Notes under the pieces: generated by a model | The model's database searches: none | Told to the model about the DNA's origin: nothing | Seen by the model: the letters and a program-made list of their open reading frames with translations, nothing else | NCBI GenBank assembly: GCA_964502815.1 | Contig: CAZCXV010000002.1 | Location: 22,802 to 86,801 of the forward strand | From: an uncultured Gammaproteobacteria bacterium | Lineage (GTDB): Bacteria; Patescibacteriota; Microgenomatia; UBA8517 | Length of the DNA stretch: 64,000 nucleotides | Direction of reading: 5' to 3' | Shown: piece after piece, positions 28,106 to 37,130 of the stretch | Numbering within the stretch: the stretch's first letter is position 1 | Layout: each line of letters opens with the position of its first letter | Program-made: the position numbers and the translations under genes

Positions 28106-28420
28106 TTACTTCATTTCCTTCCTGCATTTTTTGCAAATTCTTAACTTTTTGTCGTCTTTCAATGTAAACCCAGCCCGAGTCAGCTTTTTGCAATTGGGAC
28201 AAACCAAGGCAAATTTTGAAAAAGCCATTGGTCTGGGAATATCAAAAACCCCACCTTTTTTATCCTGAGTCATGCTAGCCTTAACGTGCTTTTTATAGAT
28301 ATTAATCTCAGGAATCAATGCCAGCTTCTTTTTAGGAAAAATTTTTTCAATCTTTCCCTCTCTGCCTTTATCTTTTCCTAAAGTTATTTTTACTTGATCT
28401 CCCACTCTAAATTTAATCAT
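28106..28420 (-). CDS. rplX: 50S ribosomal protein L24 with C-terminal Cys4 zinc-ribbon extension
   Basis: KOW motif MIKFRVGDQVKITLGKDKGREGKIEKI; C-terminal CPNCKK...CKKCRKEM (CxxC...CxxC). Confidence 0.85.
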   Translation of the reverse strand: MIKFRVGDQVKITLGKDKGREGKIEKIFPKKKLALIPEINIYKKHVKASMTQDKKGGVFDIPRPMAFSKFALVCPNCKKLTRAGFTLKDDKKLRICKKCRKEMK

Positions 28421-28463
28421 GATTTATCATGAGAAGTCGTAAGACTTCATCATCTCCTTGTCT

Positions 28464-28832
28464 TTAAACTACCTCTCTAGCCAATGAGGCAATTTTTGCG
28501 TAACCCGCCTCCTTAACTTCTCTGGCAATTGGCCCTAATATTCTAGTTCCTCTAGGTAATCCTTGCTTATCTATCACAACTCCGGCGTTATCATCAAATC
28601 GAACATAAGTTCCATCCCTGCGCTTTATTTCTTTTTTGGCTCGTACAATAACTACCGTTACCGGTTCAGAGTCTTTCACCGCTCCGACTGGGTCGGCACC
28701 ATCAACAACACATCTGACAACCTGGCCAAGAGAGGCTTTTTTACCAACCCTGCCCGAGATACCAATAACCATTAGTCTTTTGGCTCCCGAATTGTCAGCT
28801 GGCTTTAAAATTGATCTTAACTGTACGCTCAT
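28464..28832 (-). CDS. rplN: 50S ribosomal protein L14
   Basis: ADNSGAKRLMVIGISG and DGTYVRFDDNAGVVID core. Confidence 0.9.
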   Translation of the reverse strand: MSVQLRSILKPADNSGAKRLMVIGISGRVGKKASLGQVVRCVVDGADPVGAVKDSEPVTVVIVRAKKEIKRRDGTYVRFDDNAGVVIDKQGLPRGTRILGPIAREVKEAGYAKIASLAREVV

Positions 28833-28839
28833 ATGCTCA

Positions 28840-29157
28840 TTATTTTCTTTTCTTTGGTTTTGATTTAGTCTTGACTTTAGATGGCAAGGATTTTTCTTTG
28901 TCAGCCTTTGTTTTTATAACTCCAGTTGAGGCTTCAATTGAAACTAAATGCCACCTTTTAAGCTTACTTATTGGCCTTCCTGCCGCAAACTTTACGATAT
29001 CTCCCAGCTTTGCTTTGCTTTCCTCATCATGGATGTGAAAATTTCTAGTCTTTTTCATTCTTTTCTTGTAAATTGGGTGAGCCACCAAGCGCTCTACCTC
29101 TACAGTTGCTGTTTTGGCCATCTTGATTGAAATTACTCTACCAATTAACACTTTCAT
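28840..29157 (-). CDS. rpsQ: 30S ribosomal protein S17 with K-rich C-terminal tail
   Basis: GRVISIKMAKTATVEVERLVAHPIYKK OB-fold N-terminus; KVKTKSKPKKRK tail. Confidence 0.85.
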   Translation of the reverse strand: MKVLIGRVISIKMAKTATVEVERLVAHPIYKKRMKKTRNFHIHDEESKAKLGDIVKFAAGRPISKLKRWHLVSIEASTGVIKTKADKEKSLPSKVKTKSKPKKRK

Positions 29158-29366
29158 GACTTTATTATTTCCTTTTCTTTTTGTCCCAAAATTGTCAAAA
29201 TCTGGGCTACTTCTTTTTTAGCATTTCTAACCATTTTTAGATTTTTCTCTTGTCCAACCCTAATCTTCATATAGTCTAAAGCTATTTTTTTCTTGAGATC
29301 TAAAACCTTTTGATTTAGGTCTTTAACATTTTTTTCTTTTAATTGGTTTAATTCTTTAGTTTTCAT
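29154..29366 (-). CDS. rpmC: 50S ribosomal protein L29
   Basis: MKTKELNQLKEKNVKDLNQKVLDLKKKIALDYMKIRVGQ helical L29 pattern; 4-nt overlap with rpsQ. Confidence 0.8.
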   Translation of the reverse strand: MKTKELNQLKEKNVKDLNQKVLDLKKKIALDYMKIRVGQEKNLKMVRNAKKEVAQILTILGQKEKEIIKS

Positions 29367-29377
29367 AGTATTGTATC

Positions 29378-29791
29378 TTACTCTCCTTTTTTAACAACTC
29401 TAGTCTTGAAAGGCATCTTACTGGCTGCTTTTTCAAAAGCTCTGGTCACTGCCTCTTCAGGAACACCAGCTACTTCAAAGAGAATTCTACCCGGCTTAAC
29501 TACAGCTACATATCTGTCGACGTCACCTTTTCCTCCACCCATTCTTTGTCCCGCAGCCCGACCTGACACTGGTTTGTCTGGGAAAACTCTAATCCAGAGT
29601 CTGCCTTTTCTTTTTAGGGAATTAGTTATCGCACGACGTCCAGCCTCAATTTGAGCCGAAGTCATCCACTTGACTTCCAAGGCCTTTAAGCCATATTCTC
29701 CAAATGAGACATCCGAGCCTCTAAGGGCCAATCCTCTCCTTCTACCTCTAAAATCTTTTCTAAATTTCCTTCTTGCTGGCTGTAACATCAC
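29378..29791 (-). CDS. rplP: 50S ribosomal protein L16
   Basis: MLQPARRKFRK..RGR..G.A..G..V.FGEYGLKA and RMGGGKG signature. Confidence 0.9.
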   Translation of the reverse strand: MMLQPARRKFRKDFRGRRRGLALRGSDVSFGEYGLKALEVKWMTSAQIEAGRRAITNSLKRKGRLWIRVFPDKPVSGRAAGQRMGGGKGDVDRYVAVVKPGRILFEVAGVPEEAVTRAFEKAASKMPFKTRVVKKGE

Positions 29792-30444
29792 TCACTTTCT
29801 CCTTCTTTGTATATCCACACCTTTACGCCAACATAGCCCCTTTTTAAAAGTGCTGCGATTTTGGCGTAATCAATGTTTTCTCTTAAGGTTTGGGTTGGAA
29901 CTGACCCTTGATGAAATTTTTCTCTTCTGGCAATTTCAGCTCCAGCAATACGTCCTCCTAAAACTACTTTAACCCCCTTAGCTCCAGATTGCATTACTTT
30001 TTCCATGGCTTTGGTGACAACACGCCTTTGTGGCATTCTTCTTTCCAACTCGCCTGCAATTCTCATCGCCACCAAATGGGCCGAAAGATCTGGATTTTTG
30101 ACTTCTTTTACTTGGAGGTCGATTTTGACGTCTTTGGCAGTTTTTCCTCTAACACCCAAAATAATACTGCCTATGTAATTTCTAGTTTCTTCAATTCCCG
30201 ATCCGCCTCTGCCAATAACTACCCCCGGTCTAGCAACTGAAACGGTAATTACCATTGACTTGGGCAGCCTCTCGATTTCAACTTTATTAATGCCTGCCAA
30301 TTTAAATTTTTCCATTAAGGCGGCTCTAATTTTAATATCTTCAATCAAAAAATCTTTAAACTTAGAGTCATCAGAAAACCATCTTGACTTCCAAGGCAAG
30401 AATGTTCCCGTTCTAAAGCTTATTGGATTAACTTTCTGACCCAT
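29788..30444 (-). CDS. rpsC: 30S ribosomal protein S3
   Basis: MGQKVNPISFR N-terminus, KH domain, GVKV.LGGR..GAEIAR.E. Confidence 0.9.
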   Translation of the reverse strand: MGQKVNPISFRTGTFLPWKSRWFSDDSKFKDFLIEDIKIRAALMEKFKLAGINKVEIERLPKSMVITVSVARPGVVIGRGGSGIEETRNYIGSIILGVRGKTAKDVKIDLQVKEVKNPDLSAHLVAMRIAGELERRMPQRRVVTKAMEKVMQSGAKGVKVVLGGRIAGAEIARREKFHQGSVPTQTLRENIDYAKIAALLKRGYVGVKVWIYKEGESE

Positions 30445-30807
30445 TTACTTTTTCTCCTCCTCTTTGGTCACTTCTTTTTTCTTTTCTTCTAAAACTACCT
30501 TAATGTGGCTCATTCTTCTCTTGTAAGGCTTCAGTCTTCCTCTTGAAGCGGCTCTGCCTCTTTTCAACCTTGGTCCTTCGCCAATCTGAATTTCCTTAAA
30601 GATTAAATCACTATCTACCACTCCCACCTGTTTAGCATTGGCAATGGCTGTCTTAATCACCTTTAGTAAAGGTTCACTAGCCACTTTGCCAATAAAAGGT
30701 AAGACTTTAATGGCTTCTAAAGGAAGCATTTTTTTAATCAAAAACACAACCGGCCTAACTTTAGTAGGCGAGATACGTAAAAATTTTTGTGTTGCTGAGT
30801 ATTCCAT
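30445..30807 (-). CDS. rplV: 50S ribosomal protein L22
   Basis: L22 fold; SPTKVRPV..LIKKM..EAI..L N-terminus. Confidence 0.85.
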   Translation of the reverse strand: MEYSATQKFLRISPTKVRPVVFLIKKMLPLEAIKVLPFIGKVASEPLLKVIKTAIANAKQVGVVDSDLIFKEIQIGEGPRLKRGRAASRGRLKPYKRRMSHIKVVLEEKKKEVTKEEEKK

Positions 30808-30812
30808 ATTTG

Positions 30813-31094
30813 TTAGGTCTTGTCTGCTGTCCTTTTGACCACTTGACCATGACCTCTAAAGGTTCTGGTTGGGGAAAACTCCCCTAGTCTATGACCAACC
30901 ATGTCTTCCGTTACAAATACTTCAATGAAAAGCTTGCCATTGTGGACTTGGAAATATTTACCAACAAATTCTGGGGCAATTTGACTTGATCTAAACCAAG
31001 TCTTAATTGCCTTGCCTTTATCACCCATGCCAGCATTAACCTTCTTGACAAGGCGTGGATCTACATATGGTCCTTTTTTAGCTGATCTAGACAT
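30813..31094 (-). CDS. rpsS: 30S ribosomal protein S19
   Basis: [16 protein letters not shown] and [17 protein letters not shown]. Confidence 0.9.
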   Translation of the reverse strand: MSRSAKKGPYVDPRLVKKVNAGMGDKGKAIKTWFRSSQIAPEFVGKYFQVHNGKLFIEVFVTEDMVGHRLGEFSPTRTFRGHGQVVKRTADKT

Positions 31095-31876
31095 TACTTA
31101 GTTCCTCCTCTGGTTTGACCTTTGCCGCCGGCGTGTTTACCCCGCTTTCGGCCGGCAACGATTAGTTTATCAGAATATTTGCGTTTAGCACGGGTTTTAC
31201 CCACTGCAGGTCTGCCCCAAGGCGTCTTTGGCGCCTTCATCCCAACACCACTCCTACCTTCTCCGCCTCCATGAGGGTGGGAGTTGGGGTGCTGAGCCAC
31301 ACCACGAACACTTGGTCTTATACCCATATGTCTTTTGGTACCTGCTTTTCGCAAATTTCTGGCTTTGTGGGTAACATTTCCGACCTGGCCAACAGTAGCC
31401 TTTGCTTTTGGATCAAACCTTCTTATTTCTGCCGAAGGCATTTTAATCAAAACCCAGTTTTCTTCTCTTCCTTGAACCATAGCTACACTACCTGCGCCTT
31501 TAACCATTTGAGCACCCTTGCCCGGCATAATTTCGAGATTGTGTACAGGAGTACCAACTGCTATTTTTCCCAATGGCAGAGTATTGCCAGTTTCCATTGG
31601 AGCCAGCTCGCCACTGGTTATCTTTTGGCCAACTTTCAAGCCAACAGGAGCGAGAATATATCTTTTATCTCCATCTTCATAGACGACAAGTGCAATTTTT
31701 GAGTTTCTGTTTGGATCGTATTCAATAGTGGTAATAATTCCCCAAACGCCATCTTTTTCTCTTTTCCAGTCAATAGTTCTCAAATATCTTTTCTCACGAC
31801 CTCCTTGGTGTCTAACGGTTACCTTACCTTTTGATCTACCCGATTTTTTTCTAAGAATGGTTTTTAAGTTTTTCAT
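31094..31876 (-). CDS. rplB: 50S ribosomal protein L2
   Basis: GGG..Q.YR.IDFKR and C-terminal SHPHGGGEG motifs. Confidence 0.9.
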   Translation of the reverse strand: MKNLKTILRKKSGRSKGKVTVRHQGGREKRYLRTIDWKREKDGVWGIITTIEYDPNRNSKIALVVYEDGDKRYILAPVGLKVGQKITSGELAPMETGNTLPLGKIAVGTPVHNLEIMPGKGAQMVKGAGSVAMVQGREENWVLIKMPSAEIRRFDPKAKATVGQVGNVTHKARNLRKAGTKRHMGIRPSVRGVAQHPNSHPHGGGEGRSGVGMKAPKTPWGRPAVGKTRAKRKYSDKLIVAGRKRGKHAGGKGQTRGGTK

Positions 31877-31878
31877 GC

Positions 31879-32178
31879 TTATTTTTTAACCTTTCCTTTT
31901 TTTTCTTTCTTTTCTTCAAAAAGATCAATCTTTTGGCCTTCTTTAGCTTCAATAATTGCCTTCTTCTTGGCTTTGGTTCTAGTTGCCACACCCCTCAAAG
32001 TTTTTTTGAATTCTGGCTTTATTTTTAAAGTTTTTACTGAAACCACGTCAATGTCAAAAAGCTTTTTAGCTTCTTTTTTAATTTCCATTTTATCCATATC
32101 CAAGCTCACGAAAAAAGTATATTTGCCTTTTTTGGCCTCTGCCAGGCTTTTTTCTGTTAATACTGGTTTAATGATCAT
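31879..32178 (-). CDS. rplW: 50S ribosomal protein L23
   Basis: MIIKPVLTEKS...KYTF.VS..MDK.EIK.E; 99 aa. Confidence 0.85.
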   Translation of the reverse strand: MIIKPVLTEKSLAEAKKGKYTFFVSLDMDKMEIKKEAKKLFDIDVVSVKTLKIKPEFKKTLRGVATRTKAKKKAIIEAKEGQKIDLFEEKKEKKGKVKK

Positions 32179-32834
32179 TTTGTTTTCTTCCCCTGAGCTT
32201 TCGCCATTGTTTTTACTTTAACTTCTGGCTTTTTGGTTTTTTCTTTGACAACTTCAAAAATTGCTGCATCTAAAACTAGCTTTCCGCCGAAGACAACATC
32301 GTAGGCATTAAGATCTTTAAAGCTAATAATCTTAGTATCTTTTAAGTTTTTGAGCGTTTTTGTTTTTTTAATGTTTACTTCTGTAAGAGCAATTATCATT
32401 CTGCCAAAATCAGTTAATTTTCTAGCATCTTTAGTTTTCTTGACAGTAGATAGTCCTTCAATGGCAATAACTTCACCCATCTTTGCTTTCATGGAAAGAG
32501 CAACATTTAAAGCTTTTCTTTTCATTTTTGTTGAAAGAGTCAAAACCTTTTGCTCAAGCTTTGGTCCATGGGCAATTCCCCCGCCAACATAAATTGGGGC
32601 TCTTCTTGATCCATGTCTTGCGCCACCCGTTCCCTTTTGTTTGTAAACCTTTTTAGTGGTTCTATTTATTTCAGCTCTAGTTTTGGTTTTAGAACTACCA
32701 ATATGGACTCTATCTTGGTAGATATGTACAGCCTGAGAGACAAGACTCAAATTCTCTTTTTCTTCCATATATTTTGGAAGTATAACTTGACCAGTTTTCA
32801 TTGCTTTTAAGTTAAATTTATCTATCTTAAGCAT
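32175..32834 (-). CDS. rplD: 50S ribosomal protein L4
   Basis: KQKGTGGARHGSRRAPIYVGGG.AHGPK core. Confidence 0.85.
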   Translation of the reverse strand: MLKIDKFNLKAMKTGQVILPKYMEEKENLSLVSQAVHIYQDRVHIGSSKTKTRAEINRTTKKVYKQKGTGGARHGSRRAPIYVGGGIAHGPKLEQKVLTLSTKMKRKALNVALSMKAKMGEVIAIEGLSTVKKTKDARKLTDFGRMIIALTEVNIKKTKTLKNLKDTKIISFKDLNAYDVVFGGKLVLDAAIFEVVKEKTKKPEVKVKTMAKAQGKKTK

Positions 32835-33558
32835 TTTCTTCCTCCTTGGCTTCTACTTTTTCTTCTACTTGTGGTTCCTGGACTACGACTGGGTTTTTCA
32901 CAACCAAAGGGTGCCAAGCTTTGCTTGTTTCTCCGACTCTGGTAATTCTAATTAAGCTTCCAACTGTCCCTGGAATTGCGCCTTTGAGCATTATTTCATC
33001 GGTTTGCGGATCTACTTGTATTACTTCTAAGTTTTTAATTGTTTTAGTGTCTGATCCCATTCTTCCGGCCATGTGTTTTCCTTTATAGACTCTTCCTGGA
33101 GTTGTTCCCTGACCGATTGATCCTGGAGCACGGTGTCTATCTGACTGACCATGAGTTTTTGGCCCGCCGGCAAAGCCCCACCTTTTCACTCCTCCGGCAA
33201 AGCCTTTACCTTTGGAAATACCAGTGACATTAACCGTGTCTCCTTGAGACAATACATCTGTCAAGGATATTTTGTCGCCTGACTTGAGGTCGGTGTCAGC
33301 CACTTTTACTTCACGCAAAAAATTAGGAGCTGTCTTTCCATTTACAGCTCCTTTAAGGTGTCCCAATAGGGGTTTGGTAATATTTTTGGTTTTCTTGGCT
33401 CCTGTGCCAATTTGGACGGCTAAATAACCATCTTTGTCTTGAGATTTGACTTGGGTAACTATGTTTGGGGTAACTTTGACTACAGTTACAGAAACCCTCT
33501 CGTCGCCGACGAAGGTTTGGGTCATTTTTGACTTGGTTCCCAGTATTGTATTAAACAT
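32827..33558 (-). CDS. rplC: 50S ribosomal protein L3
   Basis: Start at MFNTILGTKSKMTQTF (matches L3 N-terminus M.GILGKK.GMTQ.F); GKGFAGGVKRWGF.GGP.THG.S..HR.PGSIG core. Track start (GTG 33573) abuts a terminator T-tract. Confidence 0.85.
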   Translation of the reverse strand: MFNTILGTKSKMTQTFVGDERVSVTVVKVTPNIVTQVKSQDKDGYLAVQIGTGAKKTKNITKPLLGHLKGAVNGKTAPNFLREVKVADTDLKSGDKISLTDVLSQGDTVNVTGISKGKGFAGGVKRWGFAGGPKTHGQSDRHRAPGSIGQGTTPGRVYKGKHMAGRMGSDTKTIKNLEVIQVDPQTDEIMLKGAIPGTVGSLIRITRVGETSKAWHPLVVKNPVVVQEPQVEEKVEAKEEENA

Positions 33559-33573
33559 AAATTTATAAACCAC

Positions 33574-33596
33574 AAAAAAAGGTGCCCTAAGGCACC
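33574..33596 (-). terminator. intrinsic terminator-like hairpin + U7 in the rplC leader (candidate attenuator)
   Basis: Minus-strand GGTGCC-TTAG-GGCACC (6-bp GC-rich stem, 4-nt loop, plus 33581-33596) followed by TTTTTTT (plus 33574-33580), 16 nt upstream of the rplC ATG. Confidence 0.5.
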
Positions 33597-33670
33597 ATAT
33601 ATGAAAAATACGGCCTTTTGGGGGCTACCCGTGATCAAAAGTGACGAACTAATATAACCACGCAAGAAGG

Positions 33671-33699
33671 ATTATATCAAAGAAGGACTGAGCCTGCAA
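33671..33699 (-). promoter_or_regulatory. sigma70-like promoter TTGCAG-17-TATAAT upstream of the rplC leader
   Basis: Minus-strand -35 TTGCAG (plus 33694-33699), 17-nt spacer, -10 TATAAT (plus 33671-33676). Lies between the 141-aa ORF stop and the leader hairpin. Confidence 0.4.
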
Positions 33700-33708
33700 C
33701 TTACGAAG

Positions 33709-34134
33709 TTAAGTTAGACCTAATCTTAAATTAACTGGACCATCTGTTAACATACCCCTATATTCACGACCAATTTCCCCAATCACATCTTTTGAAGACA
33801 AACTCATTTTTGGTGCATATTTCTCAACTAGGGCTCTTGCGGCTGGTACCCCAGCCAAAGCCGCGCCCAATATACCGCCAACCAGATATCTAATCGCATT
33901 TTTCTGAGTCCCAACACTATCAAGTGCAATCTGGAAACCTGAATCAAAAACATTAGCCTCTGCTTGAGGGGGAGATGATCCCAGGATTGCATTAGACACT
34001 CCTCTTACAAACCAGTTATCATACCCATCAGGATATTCCATAGATAAATAATTCATCACTTCCACTAACTTTTGTGGCATGACTTGTGTATCCACAATAT
34101 CACCAGCTCTAATTTGTTTAAAAATCTCTGACAT
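33709..34134 (-). CDS. hypothetical protein (141 aa) between rpsJ and rplC
   Basis: Clean ORF in the operon orientation; no recognised motifs (Gly/Ala-rich GGILGAALAGVPAARAL segment). Its AUG lies within a 7-bp hairpin (34133-34150). Confidence 0.4.
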   Translation of the reverse strand: MSEIFKQIRAGDIVDTQVMPQKLVEVMNYLSMEYPDGYDNWFVRGVSNAILGSSPPQAEANVFDSGFQIALDSVGTQKNAIRYLVGGILGAALAGVPAARALVEKYAPKMSLSSKDVIGEIGREYRGMLTDGPVNLRLGLT

Positions 34135-34150
34135 AGGCTGTGTAGCCTAT
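34133..34150 (-). promoter_or_regulatory. perfect 7-bp hairpin ATAGGCT-GTGT-AGCCTAT overlapping the start codon of the 141-aa ORF
   Basis: Inverted repeat seen directly in the sequence; the AUG of the 141-aa ORF (34132-34134) is formed by the last two bases of the 3' arm plus one base. Confidence 0.35.
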
Positions 34151-34194
34151 CAAATAGATAAGCGTAGGTGTCAACCCTCAAATATCCTATAAGA

Positions 34195-34506
34195 TTACAT
34201 CTTTACCTCAATGGAGACACCTGCTGGAAGATCAAGATTAGAAAGATTATCAATAGTTCTCGGAGACGGATCCACTATATCAATAAGGCGCTTGTGGACC
34301 AAAATTTCAAAGTGTTCCTGGGCATTTTTAATACCTCTAGAGGTGGATGGGGTAACTGCCATCATAGTTCTTTTGGTAGGTAAAGGAAGAGGACCAATTA
34401 CTTTGGCACCAGTTGCAATTGCAGTTTCAATAATTTTTGCAGCAGCCTCATCGATTACACGGTAATCGTAGCTTTTCAATTTGACTCGTAGTCTTCCACT
34501 AGGCAT
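34195..34506 (-). CDS. rpsJ: 30S ribosomal protein S10
   Basis: RLRVKLKSYDYRVIDEAAAKIIETAIATGAKVIGPLPLPT...RLIDIV is canonical S10. Confidence 0.9.
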   Translation of the reverse strand: MPSGRLRVKLKSYDYRVIDEAAAKIIETAIATGAKVIGPLPLPTKRTMMAVTPSTSRGIKNAQEHFEILVHKRLIDIVDPSPRTIDNLSNLDLPAGVSIEVKM

Positions 34507-34538
34507 ATATGTGCAAAAATTTAAAGTGCGGGCAAGAT

Positions 34539-35717
34539 TTAAGCTATAATCTTGGTAATAACTCCAGCTCCAACTGTTCTGCCACCTTCTCGGATGGCAA
34601 ATCTCATCCCTTCTTCAAGGGCTACTGGAACTATTAATTTTACTTTCATTTTAGCATTGTCTCCTGGCATAACCATTTCAATGCCTTCAGGTAGAGTTGC
34701 CTCTCCTGTAACGTCCGCTGTCCTTATAAAAAACTGTGGCTTGTAGCCTGTGAAAAATGGTGTATGTCTTCCACCTTCTTCTTTAGAAAGAATGTAAACT
34801 TCGGCTTCAAACTCGGTGTGGGGAGTAATCGATCCCGGCTTTGCCAAAACTTGGCCTCTTTCAATGTCGTCTTTTTCAATACCTCGAAGCAAAAGTCCGG
34901 CATTGTCTCCAGCTTGAGCATCATCAAGGCTCTTTCTAAACATTTCAATACCAGTTACAACGGTTTTCTTGGTTGGTTTTATTCCAACAATTTCAATTTC
35001 TCCGTTTAATTTCAAAGCTCCTCTTTCAACCCTGCCAGTTACAACAGTTCCACGTCCTTTAATAGAAAAGACATCTTCAACAGGCATTAAGAAAGGCTTA
35101 TCAGTATCACGAACTGGATCCGGGATATAGGTGTCAACCGCATCCATAAGAGCCTGGATTTGTTTTTCTGCTTCCCCGTCGCCTTCTGTAGCTTTAAGAG
35201 CTGATCCTTTAATTACTGGTACATCGTCTCCTGGGTATTCATATTTTTTGAGAAGATCCCTAACATCTGCTTCAACCAAGTCAATAATTTCTGGGTCATC
35301 AACCATGTCGCATTTATTCAAAAAAACTACCAAAGCTGGTACGTTAACCTGGCGAGCTAAGATTACGTGCTCTCTGGTTTGTGGCATAGGACCATCTACT
35401 GCAGAAACTACCAAGATTGCTCCATCCATCTGAGCAGCACCAGTGATCATATTCTTGATGTAATCTGCGTGACCTGGAGCATCGATGTGGGCATAGTGCC
35501 TTTTTTCAGTTTCATATTCTTGGTGAGAAAGATTAATAGTAACTCCTCGCTGTCTTTCTTCTGGCGCTGAATCAATGTCGCCATAAGTTTTTGCAGTCGC
35601 AAGACCCTTTTTGGCCAAAACCATAGTAATAGCTGAGGTTAAAGTAGTTTTTCCATGATCAACGTGACCGATGGTTCCGATATTTACGTGTGGTTTAGTT
35701 CTTGAAAATGCTGCCAT
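34539..35717 (-). CDS. tuf: elongation factor Tu
   Basis: [26 protein letters not shown]-motifs and an EF-Tu-like sequence over its full length; a TATAAT-like hexamer (minus, plus 35728-35733) sits only 10 nt upstream of the ATG. Confidence 0.95.
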   Translation of the reverse strand: MAAFSRTKPHVNIGTIGHVDHGKTTLTSAITMVLAKKGLATAKTYGDIDSAPEERQRGVTINLSHQEYETEKRHYAHIDAPGHADYIKNMITGAAQMDGAILVVSAVDGPMPQTREHVILARQVNVPALVVFLNKCDMVDDPEIIDLVEADVRDLLKKYEYPGDDVPVIKGSALKATEGDGEAEKQIQALMDAVDTYIPDPVRDTDKPFLMPVEDVFSIKGRGTVVTGRVERGALKLNGEIEIVGIKPTKKTVVTGIEMFRKSLDDAQAGDNAGLLLRGIEKDDIERGQVLAKPGSITPHTEFEAEVYILSKEEGGRHTPFFTGYKPQFFIRTADVTGEATLPEGIEMVMPGDNAKMKVKLIVPVALEEGMRFAIREGGRTVGAGVITKIIA

Positions 35718-35851
35718 TGTTACTTGTATTATATTTTCTTTGCCTTTAAAAATCTAGGGGCAAATAAAAAAGGCCTAATTTAGCCTGGTGATGGTATTAT
35801 ATTCGAGCCTATTTATTCGTGTCAACTGGCAAATCAGACCTAACTTTCTAA

Positions 35852-37066
35852 TTATTCCACCACTTTTGCAGACAATGCATTCTTGCGCATGTGAGTCTGT
35901 TTGCACAGCCATTCATACTCTTTTTTACTTAATACATCTTGGTAGTCCGAAAGCGCCTGATCTATCTCGTCTGTTGTCATCTTCCATAATCTTTCTCGAC
36001 GCAGTTCATTTTTAATTTTATTCTTTCTACCATCATCTTTTACAAACATTCCCGATAAACCACTGGGTTTATCGAGTTTACCTACTAAGTGATCCGCCAA
36101 TCGATCCTCGACTTCAACTAATCTATCCATGTTTAAAATTTTCCCATTGATTGCGAATTCGACATATTTATAAAACTCCCCAGCCAAACTCTTAAATTTC
36201 TGAGAACCAATATCAAGGCTGCCAATCTCACTTCTAGCTATTAGATTCTCTATATCTCCCAGTAAGTCAAAGTAAATTGTAAGATTGACGTACTCTAACA
36301 TTTGCTTTGTTTCATAAGCATTTAATAGATAATTATTTTGAATGTCTTCTATTTTTTTAGATAATAATTCCATAAGCCTCATGCCATCTTCATCATAGAT
36401 GTATATTTTCTTTAACTTCTCAGAGTTTTGAGGGTGAATGCTTTTAAAAACTTCCAATGTGTCTGGAGTAGAACTTGTTCTAGGTCCAAGACGGTTGTAA
36501 TCAAAAACAAAGTTAGATGGTAATAATCCTTGCTGTTGATATGATGCAATCACTTTGGCGACTGAAGAATTTCCATCGGCAATTGAACTATTAATATCTG
36601 TACGTAATTGTCTTAATACTTGTTTTTCCAAGTCGTTTCTCAACTTTTCGAAGTCATCTTTCATGTTCGGAAACAACAATTCCTTTTCTCTGATTCGCTT
36701 AAATCGTTGACTTACTGCAACTAAATCCCCGGCACCTTCTGATCTGTGCATGTGACGAGAGATAGACCGAGGTATAGCATCTTTTATGCGTCCAGAAAAT
36801 CTATCAACTGTCTGCCTTAAGCCTTCGGGCAATTCATCTCTAAATATCAAAAAATCCTCAACCGGAGCATCCAAACCCCAACCTTGCGTTTTCCCATCAA
36901 CTATTTCATGAGCCAATTGCTGCTCACTTTTTAGAGGATAATGTTGTTTTGTTACTTCCCACTCAAGAATTACGTTGGCTATAAATTCCCCATCCAATAT
37001 CTGTAATGGTTGATTGGCTTTTGCCTCAGGCTGACTTGGAGTAATTACATCTGATACTTCACTCAT
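35852..37066 (-). CDS. hypothetical protein (404 aa, acidic, no TM)
   Basis: Long clean ORF between tuf and the CoA-transferase; no recognised motifs; followed by a weak hairpin + T6 (plus 35766-35786). Confidence 0.45.
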   Translation of the reverse strand: MSEVSDVITPSQPEAKANQPLQILDGEFIANVILEWEVTKQHYPLKSEQQLAHEIVDGKTQGWGLDAPVEDFLIFRDELPEGLRQTVDRFSGRIKDAIPRSISRHMHRSEGAGDLVAVSQRFKRIREKELLFPNMKDDFEKLRNDLEKQVLRQLRTDINSSIADGNSSVAKVIASYQQQGLLPSNFVFDYNRLGPRTSSTPDTLEVFKSIHPQNSEKLKKIYIYDEDGMRLMELLSKKIEDIQNNYLLNAYETKQMLEYVNLTIYFDLLGDIENLIARSEIGSLDIGSQKFKSLAGEFYKYVEFAINGKILNMDRLVEVEDRLADHLVGKLDKPSGLSGMFVKDDGRKNKIKNELRRERLWKMTTDEIDQALSDYQDVLSKKEYEWLCKQTHMRKNALSAKVVE

Positions 37067-37130
37067 GAGTTAAGTATAACTTATAGAGTTGTATTTGGTG
37101 GTTTCTACAAAATTAGATATACTCCAGAGT

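Noticed and set aside
31271-31702. 143-aa plus-strand ORF inside rplB, and the similar antisense ORFs in the track at 8775..9194 in rny, 27691..28167 in rplE, 11304..11726 in recA, 17453..17875 in rpsK, 19034..19483 in map, and 34211..34465 in rpsJ
   Set aside because: All lie opposite well-supported conserved genes and have no start context or motifs; treated as frame shadows.
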